Shown here: piece by piece, positions 52,913 to 64,000 of the stretch | How positions within the stretch are numbered: position 1 is the stretch's first letter | Layout of the letters: each line of letters opens with the position of its first letter | Source: Eledone cirrhosa | Taxonomy: Eukaryota | Reading direction: 5' to 3' | Assembly: GCA_964016885.1 (NCBI GenBank) | Contig: OZ024743.1 | Location: forward strand, 273,234,001-273,298,000 | DNA length: 64,000 nucleotides | Position numbers and translations under genes: made by a program | Notes under the pieces: generated by a model | Databases searched by the model: none | What the model saw: the letters and a program-made list of their open reading frames with translations, nothing else | Told to the model about the DNA's origin: nothing

Positions 52913-53505
52913 TATTAATTTTTATGCTTTATTTGTTTTTGTTCTTTTACCCTTTCTGTGATCTTTAAACTTAAATTTACAGTTATTCATTAACACATTC
53001 CTTCACCTAACTAAATAACCATTAATAAGTTAATATAAAAGCATGTCAACATTTTAGGTGTGTCTTTGTACAATGTAGATGTGTTTTTGCACAGATAAAC
53101 TCTCATATCTGAGGGGATGTCGAAGAAGAGCCGGGCCCCGGTCATTATTATATTACTTTGAGCTGCTCGATATCGAAAAAAATGTAATATGCTACTATTG
53201 TTTGTACTTCTGCTACAACACTGACTTCGTTTCTACTTTCTCTATTTACACTCTGCATACTACCGCTGCCTTAAATCTGGAATACAACCCAACACGAGAC
53301 GGGCCTCATAACAACATTGAATGATTCGAACGGCGCGCCGCCAGTAAATCTTGTTACACAGCTAACTATCACACACACACACACACTCATATATATATAT
53401 ATGCGCACACATAATATTCATAATTATATATATATAATGTTATTCAAAACTAAGTATATATATACATATACATATATATATATATGTATATATATGTGTG
53501 TGTGT

Positions 53506-53572
<67 letters not shown>

Positions 53573-55150
53573 CCTTGTCCGTCTGTCTTTCAGAATTAAC
53601 CAAAGAAAAGTGATAAACATTTCTAAATAATATTAGGATCTCTATTTGACAGTTGTGCTTTTTGTGTAACTTAAGCGTTCGTAGCACATAACAATAATTA
53701 TCTCAAATCCTTTCTTTGGATGTTATCTAATGTAAAATCACTCATGATTTTCCGTTTAAAACACACACACAAAAAAAACTTGCAAACACGACGAAAGAGA
53801 TGATATACATTGAATGTCAATATAACGGACATAGAAATATTCGGTTGTCAACACTTGTAAAATAAGCTCGTGTCATTCAACTAAACATTAACCTAATCAT
53901 AATTGAAATAAAAATATTTCATTGGAAGTCGTAAACAGAGAAACTAAAAATAAATCTAGAAAGCAATGAAAGTAATTGAAGTGAAGTATTTCTCCATAAA
54001 AGTACATGAACTTTATTGTGGCAATTTAATGTACTGCTTTTACTTCTCTAATTCATAATTGTTTTATATTTCTCAAACTGTTGAATTGACCATTGCCTCT
54101 GATCCTCTACCCCCGCCTTTTTTCTTTCTTTCTCTCTTTATCGCTTCACCCCCCACACACATTGATATATATAATTATCTCGTAAAAGTTTTGAATACAT
54201 AAAAACAATTTCTCTCTCCACTCATCTGTCTACTTATTCATAACAATATTGTGTTTATTTTCCTTTTATCTATATAATTTCTCCCTATATTTAATTTTAC
54301 TATTAATTTTATGCTTCATATTACACCATGGCTTTTTATCTTCTCAACATAGAGCATTGACGAATGGTTAAGAAGTTCGCTACACACTCAGTAGATCTCG
54401 CGATTAAACCCACTGAGTTGCATCTCATGTCAGTCATTCATCATCGCTTCGGTTTGATAAAAGAAGCTTGGTAGATGGAAACTATTAGGTAGACACTCCG
54501 AAAGACAGTAACGTAATTTTAATGCCCTACCATCTCTTACTTACTATCTTACGCTAAATCTACTTTAGAATTGCGTTAAGGGTGCACGTGTCTGGGGAAT
54601 GATCTGTCCTTTGCACATCGATTTGAGTAGCAGGCTTTACTGTTGCTCAAACATCGGTAACACTCATCATCAAATCCGACGGTGGTCCATTATTTTCAAT
54701 ATGATCTTCCACGTGCTCATTATTTCAACAAGTTTTTTATTCCTCTATTACCTCTCTCTCTGTTCTCCACTAACCGTTCATATGTCCAAATCTGTCTTCC
54801 ATATTCTGCTCTTTCCGACATATTCTCCTTTATTTTCCTTTCTAAGTAGTTCCATATTCCTTTAACAGGTAATTTTCAACCATATTGGTTTTTTTTATCA
54901 TTCTTAATTCAATCTTCATATATATCTTTTTTATTTATTTATATCTACATAATTCCAATATACGTTTCTTATCAATGTTTCACTTATAAATTCTTTTTCG
55001 TCAGTACCTCAAACTCTTTCTCATCTACCGCACTCACTTCCAAATATTATCTTCTACACGTCTCATATTTATATTTGGAACACTCATTTTCGCCAGATGA
55101 TTAACCACATATAATTCACAATGTCACAATAATTGATAATTCTTTATGTA

Positions 55151-55207
<57 letters not shown>
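55151..55207. repeat. (TCTA)n microsatellite at the 5' junction of the Tx1-like LINE
   Basis: About 14 TCTA units. Confidence 0.95.
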
Positions 55208-58200
55208 GTCAGCCGGGAGGTGGGGGTGCGGTTGCCGTTTTGCTGCGGAAACACCTGGACCTCGTAACACAGACGGTACATCTGGACCCGGGGGGTCGAC
55301 TGGTGGTCCTAGACGTTGACGGTAGTGGAGGTAGAGCCTTCAGGCTAGTGGTCGCATATTTCCCATCCGGGACACCGCGGCGATACTTCTTCAAACGTCT
55401 AGAGACTTTTCTGGGAACGTCCTGCTCCCTGCTGTTAGTGGGGGACGGGAATTGAATCCTAGATGCACGTTGGGACTAGGTGGGAGCATGTCCCGTTAGA
55501 GGGGAGGGGGTGTAACAGCCTCAAACAGTTAATCGGCCGATTTGACCTGGCCGATAGATATTGACTAGATTTTCCGACTGTGCCACTGTGGACGTGGACT
55601 AGTCAGAGCGGAACATCTTGATCGTACCTAGATAGGGTTCTAGTTAGAAAGAAGGATAGGGTCATGTTAAGCTGTCCACAAATGTTCATGGTTGCCTATT
55701 CATATCACAAATTAGTTACCTGCTTAGTCAACCTTGACAAAACCCATAGACTGGGACCCGTCTACTGGAAGCTGAACTTGTTGTTACCGACATGCAAAGC
55801 CTACAGTAGACGGATTAGCACTTTAGTTAAGCAGCACTTGGCGGGGGCCATTGTCAACAACAGATGGTGGTACTCTCTCAAGAGAGCAGTTAGATTAGAC
55901 TCGATAGGATTTAGTAAAGAATTAGTGTTAGATAGAACTAAAACCGAAAAGGAACTGGTAGGTAAAGTAGAAGAGGCACTTAGGAGTGGCAACGTAGCCA
56001 GCGTGCTAGCGACGTGAACGGCCTTGGACCAGTTCTTCGACGCAAAGCATGAAGGTTGCGTCATCAGAAGCAAAATACGTGCTCTTGGAAACGAGGGAGC
56101 CAAAGCTGTTAGCTGGGCCCGAGTGACAGAGGCGATAAGTGGAAACAAATCCACGATTCGGTCTTTGAAGGACCAAGACTGCCGCGTGATACGTGAGCCG
56201 AAGCAAATACGCGCGGCCTTTCAGCGGCACTTTGCTCAGCTGTTCGGGCAAAGCGGCGCGCCAGAAGGGGCTATGGATTTCGGTCCATACCTCGACGGCC
56301 TACCGCGATTCTCGGACAGTGAGGCGAAGTTTTGTGAAAGGCCGATTTCGGCCGCTGAGATAGGGGACGCGCTGAGCCAATGCGGCAAACGCAAATCTCC
56401 ATGTCTCGATAGTCGACCGTAGGAATTTTACGTAGCAGTGCCGGACTTCTTCGGTCTCCTGGAAGCGGTTTACTGCAACTGGCAGCAAAACGGGAGAATT
56501 CCCAGTTCTGTGACCAAGGGCGTAGTCACGTTAGTCAGGGATGGCGAGTATAAGGGGATGACATAGGCAACTTCCGGCCCATAACAGTGCTAAACACAGA
56601 GTTACAGATTTTGGCCAAGGTGTTGGCAAAGAGGCTGCCGCTTGTCGTCGAAAACCTGGTGGGAGAAGCGCAGACATGCGCAATCTCGACCAGGTCCATA
56701 CACGACAACCTCCACCTCAGCGCGATACATCATAGAGAGGGTAGGGTGTGAACCCGGCTTCGGTGGGGCCCTGATCAACTTGGATCAGTCTAAGGCTTTC
56801 GATAGGGTTGGCCATCGTTACCTGGATACGGTGCTCGAGGCGGCAGGCTTCGGAAACGTGTTCAGGGGCTGGATTGCTGTAATGCACAGCAGCAACATCT
56901 GCTCAAGGGTCAAGGTGAACGGCTACCTATCGGAGCCGTTCCATATCACGCAATCCATCCGACAGGGATGCCCTCTCTCATCCCTTCTGTATGTACTGTC
57001 TCTCGAGCCACTACTGCGGAAGTTGGAGCTTTTGCAGAGAATCCCTTTGGAACCGGGACTGCGAAAGCGGCGTCGGCCTACGCCGACGACATAACAGTGA
57101 TGGTGTCGTGTACCTCGCAAATCGGGGAGGTCAGCACCTTACTGGAGGAATACGAAAGTTTCACAGGAGCGAAGCTGAACCGGGACAAATCCGTCGGTTT
57201 GCAACTCGGAACGTTGAGAGGCAAACCGATGCCTTCCGATCGCGTCGTCGGACGCTGGACGGAAGGACCAGTAAAGCTGCCAGGGTCTGCTTTGGTCCGG
57301 ACCTCCAGGTGGAGAAGAACTGGAACGTGGTGGCGGCCAAGGTGTTTGCGCTCACCCAGAAGTGGGCCGAGTGCAAACTATCGTTGAAAGGTCGAGCGGA
57401 GGTGGCAAACACTTTTATAGCGTCCGTCATCTACTACCGCTTGATCGTCGTGCCTTGCCCAGCCTAAACCGCTCACCAAAATGGAGAGCACGCTCTTCCA
57501 ATTCCTTTGTAATAAACGGGCTCCTTTGGTGAGAAGATCCATCTGCTGCCAACACCCTTCAAACGGAGGGCTGGGGATGCCGTAGCTGACGATGCGCAAA
57601 CACGCGCTCAGGCTGCTGTACCTTCACGTATTCCTCACCGGACAACCAGCGTGGGCCCTGTTCGTGAGGCGAGCCTTCCCACGACTCGTCTCGCTGACCG
57701 AGCTGCAGTCCTGGGTCAAGCAAAGACCGAGGAAAATAGGCGACTGGCACATCGAATGTGCTCAGGCGCCACAGTCCTCTGGCAAACGGACCCGGCGATA
57801 AGTGGAGACTTCACTTCGACATTCTATAGAGGGTTGGTCCGCAGCAAGTGCGACGACGCGCTCGGAGAAACTGTAGGCGTAGAGTACGACGAATTGGCCA
57901 GTCTGTTCGGTAGAACCTTCCGCCCGGGACCAATGGACAACTTCCAAAGGTCCCTGGCCTGGCAGTGCTACCGAGGAGCTCTACCAGACAGGGGCGCCCA
58001 GGCAGGTACCATTCGAAAAAGATCTGTCCGAGATGCGTGCGCGACGAAGAAACCTTCGCGCACGCATTTGTACACTACGCGGGCGTTACCGATCTGTGGG
58101 GCTATGTAGAACGACTATTGTCGCGGGTGGGACCAATCCAGTTGACCACTGAGTCCATTGCCATGATCACCCCCCCCCCCCTTCAAAAACAAGGGAGAGA

Positions 58201-58665
58201 CGGTTTTTCTATGTGTTATGGCTATGATAAAAGAGGTTATATGGTGGACGAGGTTAAAAGGGCTGAGGTCAGACACCTTTCTCTCCGGCGAGCAACTGAT
58301 TCGTTTTTTCAAATATCATTTTGGAAGAAGAATCAGGATGAAGAGAAAGGTCCTGTACCCCATCAAATTTTATAAAAGCTGGGTGACTGTGGAAAAGATG
58401 GCCCGAGTGGTTGGGCCCTCTCTCTATATAAGCCTTTAGGTTGAGGAAAAAGAGGAAGAGAGGGAGGGAATACTCACTCTTGGGGCTCCTGGAGATGAGG
58501 GTTGTACATTTTTTCAGGATGTGTACAACCCCTGCGTTACGCCTCCCCCCTATTGGGGATTTCAATTGTTATTTGTTATTTTATGTTCATATACCTGTAT
58601 GTAAACTCCCCATTTGTATTTGTCCCTTTCTTTTGTGCCCTTGTGGCTAATAAAGACATTTATCT
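55208..58665 (+). mobile_element. L1/Tx1-like LINE, 5'-truncated ORF2 pseudogene (APE, RT, CCHC)
   Basis: Encodes GGAVAVLL, GRLVVL, LVGD.N, SYLDRVL, YWKLN, NFRPITVLN, LDQSKAFDRV, IRQGCPLS, AYADDIT, CPRC..ETFAHAFVH, with many stops and frameshifts. The 3' end is AATAAAGACATTTATCTA. Confidence 0.93.
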
Positions 58666-59182
58666 AACTACATAAGCATGGTGTTTACACACATATATAT
58701 ATATATATATAAACATCATGTTTATGTAGAGAGTGGTGTGCTCATTTGCGAAGATGCTATAAATAGCTTATAAGATAGAGTGACTCACAATAAAAAAGGG
58801 GAAAAGTAGTTGCGTGGAATCGAACTTCGTATCTATCGGATAACATAGTGGCAGATTGCAGCTTCTTTTTCCATTATAAAGGGAATTCTCCCTATTTTAA
58901 AAGAGATTTCATAGTATCTTCACACACTTTCTATTACGCCAACAATCACACACACACACATGTATAAGTATTACTTAAAATACATGTGAGCTAAGGATAT
59001 GTTTTCTTTATTACTCAGATTTTCTGGATAGTATCCGATTAATCATAGCAGATTAATCTAGCATGCACCAGCAAATTTCACTGTTTGTATTTTACCTAAT
59101 ATAATTCTGTTACATATCGCGGTATCATTCATTCGTAATTAAAATCGATACACAAACAACTATACTCACACACACACACACA

Positions 59183-59185
<3 letters not shown>

Positions 59186-59236
<51 letters not shown>

Positions 59237-59439
59237 TATATATATATATGTATACATATTTATATATATGTATATATATATATGTATATATATGTACATA
59301 TATTAATGTATATGTATATATATGTATATATGCATATATGTATATATGTATATATATATGTGTATATATATGTATATATATATATATATGTATATATATG
59401 TATATATATATGTATATCTATGTATACATATAAGTATAC

Positions 59440-59477
<38 letters not shown>

Positions 59478-59496
59478 TACGTATATATACATATAT

Positions 59497-59537
<41 letters not shown>

Positions 59538-59548
59538 CGTATATATAC

Positions 59549-59626
<78 letters not shown>

Positions 59627-59715
59627 ACATATATATATATGATACATACACACATATATATATGTGTTTGTGTATATATACATATATGGATTTAAAATAT
59701 ATATATGTATGTCTA
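59186..59715. repeat. Compound (TA)n/(TATG)/(TACA) microsatellite
   Basis: Low-complexity array. The overlapping ORFs are artefacts. Confidence 0.95.
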
Positions 59716-62700
59716 TGATACTGGAAAATGTAGGCAATACGTTGGTGAATAAATATTCAAGGTTATCTGTATAAAGGACGATTTACAGCTATTTACAATT
59801 CATTCTGTAAGCGAAGCATATTCATGTTGTCAACATGATAACAGTTTTTGGTTTAAACATTTCCAAAAAGGAATCATATTTAAAACATCATAATCGTTAA
59901 ATGACAGCTGAGTGTTTGTGTCTCACTAGTTGAACAATATACACATCATATGCATGAATACATAAATGATAGTTACGGAAAAATATATAAATAAATATTA
60001 TGATAGTGATAATATTCATGATAATCTGGACAAATCGATATGACATTTTGTAATTCCATTCGGTTATTATTTTCAAGCATTTATCTGTGCAACATTTTAC
60101 TATTTTTTTAAATTTTAATATCCACTAGGCTCTGAAATCTCTTAGAAGATTCTATTTTCTCTTTTTCACATGACGTCTAAATCATGTAAAAGTAATGATC
60201 ACATAACGCAATGTAAAGCAAATGGTTAAACAAATATTTACTAAAGGTTTTATAGAATATTCTGGATTTATTTTAAAACAGATTTGTGATATTAGAAGAG
60301 ACGGTTTAGTTACATTGATATATTGGTTTGACGCAGCTGAATAGAAGTTGTTTTGTTATCAATTTCAATTAAGATTATAGAATTTTCAAATGTGATTTTT
60401 CATTGCTCGAAGCTATGATCATGTATCGTTAACAACTCAATGCTTGTGTTCATATTGTTAAATAGTTAGAATAAGTTTCTCCCTGGGAAGATGTAAGTTC
60501 TTTCATATATGAAAGATGTAAATTCTTTCATATATGGAAGATGTAAATTCTTTCCAGTTATGAATTAAATATTTTACTGCACAAGCCGCAGACATTGTCG
60601 AATATTTAAAAGATATACTTCATATATAATTATATACTGGGTTCGATCATACTGCATTGCATCTTGGACAAGTATCTCCTGTACTATATATATAGCCTCG
60701 TATTTCTCTAAGCATTTCGAGTAAAATTAGTTAGATAGAATGTATTTAAGTAACTGTCGGATAGACTGTATGTGTAATTCGAAAAGTCAGCCTTATTTGA
60801 CACTATGAGAATTAGATTAACGACACACCTTTCAGTGGAATACTTTATCACTTGCACATCAATTTCATTATTAGGCTATTCCGTTGATCGAAAGACAGGA
60901 ATACTCAGCATCGAAAGCGACAGTCTGTATATTCTGCACATACACAGATTGTACTAGGAATATTTTCTGTTGTACTGTACACTGAGCGGAGTTCTCTTAT
61001 CTTGGCTAGCAATTTTATCTATTTTCGATAGTAATTCTTGCACATAGACTTAATATTCATTATCAGGTCACAAAACTATTTGTAACAGAATAGGCAAGGC
61101 TGACATGGCATGGTGTGACGAAGAGAATAATCCTTAAACTCATTAATAATTGATTAATTTGTATTAGCCATGCATTTTCCTATGACTCAAACAAAGGGTT
61201 TTAGCAGCGTAATTAAAATTAAATCAATTCAGCCGAGAAACTAAATCTAATCATACTAGCAATGTATTCATCTATTCCTTGGTGCATACATGAAAAATAT
61301 TTATAATTGATAATATAATAAAATATAGATAGTCGATACATTGTTGCAGTTAACGTAAAAGCCTTAAAGTGGTGCCTACTGTTATCAAGTCGCGATATAC
61401 ATTATTATTACTATATTAATATGATAGAAAATGACACGTTCGAAAGTTTAAAGCTATCTGTATTATTTGTTTAGCCTCTAAGGAAATGAAGTATTATTAA
61501 AATTAATGAGGATATACAACGATATGCAAAATATCTGTTAGCTTGCTAATGTAGTCCTTAAAATACAGAAACTTGTAAGACAATTATTTTTTCTCGAAAT
61601 ATATACTATATAATTTATTTGATAATAAATAAACGACGACGGCGAAATAGCAGAGTCGTTTGAGTGTCCGCTATAGTGTTTTTGTTTTTATGAAGCCCTA
61701 CTCTCTTCTACGTTCGAATCATACCGAAGTTAACGAAGCCTTTCGTCCTATCGGAGTTTGATAAATAAACTACTTTCGGGTCACTACTACTCGACCCCCT
61801 CTTATTAATTTTTCAGATTTTGTCTATCCACACCACAGAACCCCACCCCACCATCACCGTTCCTATTCTAACACCAGACTTTATTAAATTTTGGTAATAC
61901 ATCTTCGGCGAAATTTTATTTTAATTCGTAGCTTTCTGCGACAATTAATTTTTTTAGACATTAAAAATACATTATACATGACAAGAAGTACATTACTAGA
62001 AATCCCATACGTTATAAAATAAATAGGATAGGTTGCGGTCACAATATATGAACTAAACGACTAATTCTGGATTTTAAATGAATCAACGGAGACAACCAAG
62101 AAAAATTACTGATTCTCCAAACAACCATGGTTATTTCAACACCCGCGATTACACCCCCACCTCGTTTATTCCACAACCTATGTTTAGGACCCGAAATCAC
62201 TATCTTGCTGATTATGACTTCGTAAGCCACAGTAGGTTAGAAAGTGTTCATTATGAAGCGAAACGCTACTACTATCTTGAGAATTAAGTTTAAAATGATA
62301 AAAATTCCCAATTAATATTAATTTAAAGATATTCAAATATTTTCTTTATTAACAATTCCTCTCTACTTTATTTGCTGATAACAAACATTTCATGATTGAT
62401 ATAAGAACTCGTGAATTATAATGTAAACCTTCAATGCTTTTCGTTATTCAAAACATAGCCGATTTCTTGCTAGGTTGTACAGCTCACCTCATATGGCAAA
62501 ATCAAACACCCCATAATATAGTTATGTGCCCCCAAATAGTATCTCGATAACTGTGATTAATTATAAAATATTATAAAATATTACTTACATTAATTTATGA
62601 TAAACATGTTCATATCACAATAAGTTATTAAGTCATAGATAAGCAGAGGTCGATTTATCGATATCGGCAAATAGAACAAATACGATCAATTGGTAATAGG

Positions 62701-63149
62701 TATTCGAGCAATTTGCTTATCGGTGCATCTCTTGTTTAATCTATTGTAATTCTTTTCATATCTCTGAAAACTTTGGTGGAATATAAATTCTTCAGATACA
62801 TTTTGCATTTTCCTGAGAATAATTGGTTTAAATGTGTACTATGAAATCCTATTAGAATAATAGACTAAAGATGTTTTCTCTGTGTATGTAAGCAAGGAAG
62901 TGATAATACATCATATAAGTATATATATTGTGCTAGAATACATAACAACATAAATTGCCTCGTTAATTTTTATTATCAGACGTAAACATTGTTTTCTCTT
63001 ACAACATTGTGTGTTGTTTCTATTATCAAATTTATCATAAATAAAACAATTTTTCTTTCTTCTCAAGGGACGGGAATTTGGAAAATCAAGCAAACGTAAG
63101 TTAAACGAATTAATATTTTACATCAATAATAATAATAGTAATAATAAGG

Positions 63150-64000
63150 GGTCTTTCCTAAACAGCAATGACACTCCACCTTTCATTCCGGGTTGACTAA
63201 GAGACGCGTAGATCTCAACGTCGTCGAGGATTGGGTGAGTGCGTGCGTGACAGAAATCCTGTTATCACTGACGGCTGTCACATCCACTGCTAGTGACCTG
63301 ATAACATCGAGGAAGCGGCCCTGCTTCTATGTGGACCCGAGGTCACGTACATTTAAACAACCTACTCATAGCACAGCCACGTTGGCCAGAAAGAAAGAAT
63401 AAGAAAAGGGGAGGAATACTTACCCCCTGGATGCTGCTAGAGGCCGGGTTGTTCGGCCTCCATTTTTGGTTGGTGGTGCTCTTTTGGAAACCCCTTTAAA
63501 TGCCTACGCGAAGCTTTCATATTTTTGATGCCCACGTCGTCGGGAAATCTCTATTTAATGTTATTATACGTGTTTACTAGCATCCGCACCTTCAGCAGTT
63601 TTTGGGGCACTCCGAAGGTACAGGTGCCTTGACTTAGTGCCATAAAGGTCATACGTTTGTCACGTGAAAGCCGGTTTAATTAGAGGTGGTGTATTCCGAA
63701 CATATTTTAAATAAGATGAGGCTCAATTAGTGTTTGGGGGTTCTGTTTCAAAGGGGAGTGGGAGTATGTCTGCAGGTGTTTGAGTGTTGGTCTGTAAGTG
63801 TGTTTGAAAGAAGGAGAGAGTGAGCGGTTGATTGGGCGATCCCAGGGGCGGTTGGTGTTGTCTTCGATATCGTTGTTGATATGTTTGTCTTTGTTGCCGG
63901 TGCCGGTGATGGTGCAGCTGTTGATGTTGTTTATTGCTGATGATGTTGTTGATGCTGTGGTTTCCGTTTTGGCAACAATAGAGTACTGTGGTTTCTTGTC
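63150..64000 (-). mobile_element. L1/Tx1-like LINE fragment: ORF1 end and APE N-terminus
   Basis: Minus strand encodes VGCLNVRDL..DVTAVSDNR..GGVSLLFRKD. Confidence 0.65.

Noticed and set aside
53079-53345. ORF after TTTTGCACAG with a CpG-rich end
   Set aside because: No protein similarity recognised, so it cannot be supported as an exon or promoter.
62078-62287. 69 aa ORF MNQRRQPRK..
   Set aside because: No known motif and the length is within chance expectation. It would need RNA-seq support.

Overview
AT-rich, microsatellite-dense animal genomic DNA. The SINE and LINE repertoire looks cephalopod/octopus-like, which is an inference. No host protein-coding gene can be supported. The window is a retroelement graveyard: R4/Dong-like, L1-Tx1-like and RTE-like LINE relics, many tRNA-derived SINEs, Helitron-like pieces and several Penelope-like elements (PLEs). 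One PLE looks young and intact (RT plus C-terminal GIY-YIG, minus strand, reading frame open 42905-45259). Its AUG-less RT frame overlaps an N/Q/H/Y/R-rich upstream ORF at an in-frame U UUU UUA heptamer, a candidate -1 ribosomal frameshift. About ten type I hammerhead ribozyme (HHR) motifs sit in short cassettes embedded in (TA)n arrays. They include a non-coding ~316-320 bp tandem retrozyme-like family with a compensatory U3-A8 catalytic core. The (TA)n-embedded cassettes repeatedly consist of two retroelement 3' ends joined head-to-head, often from different families. This suggests a PLE-driven, (TA)n-targeted, two-template insertion system.
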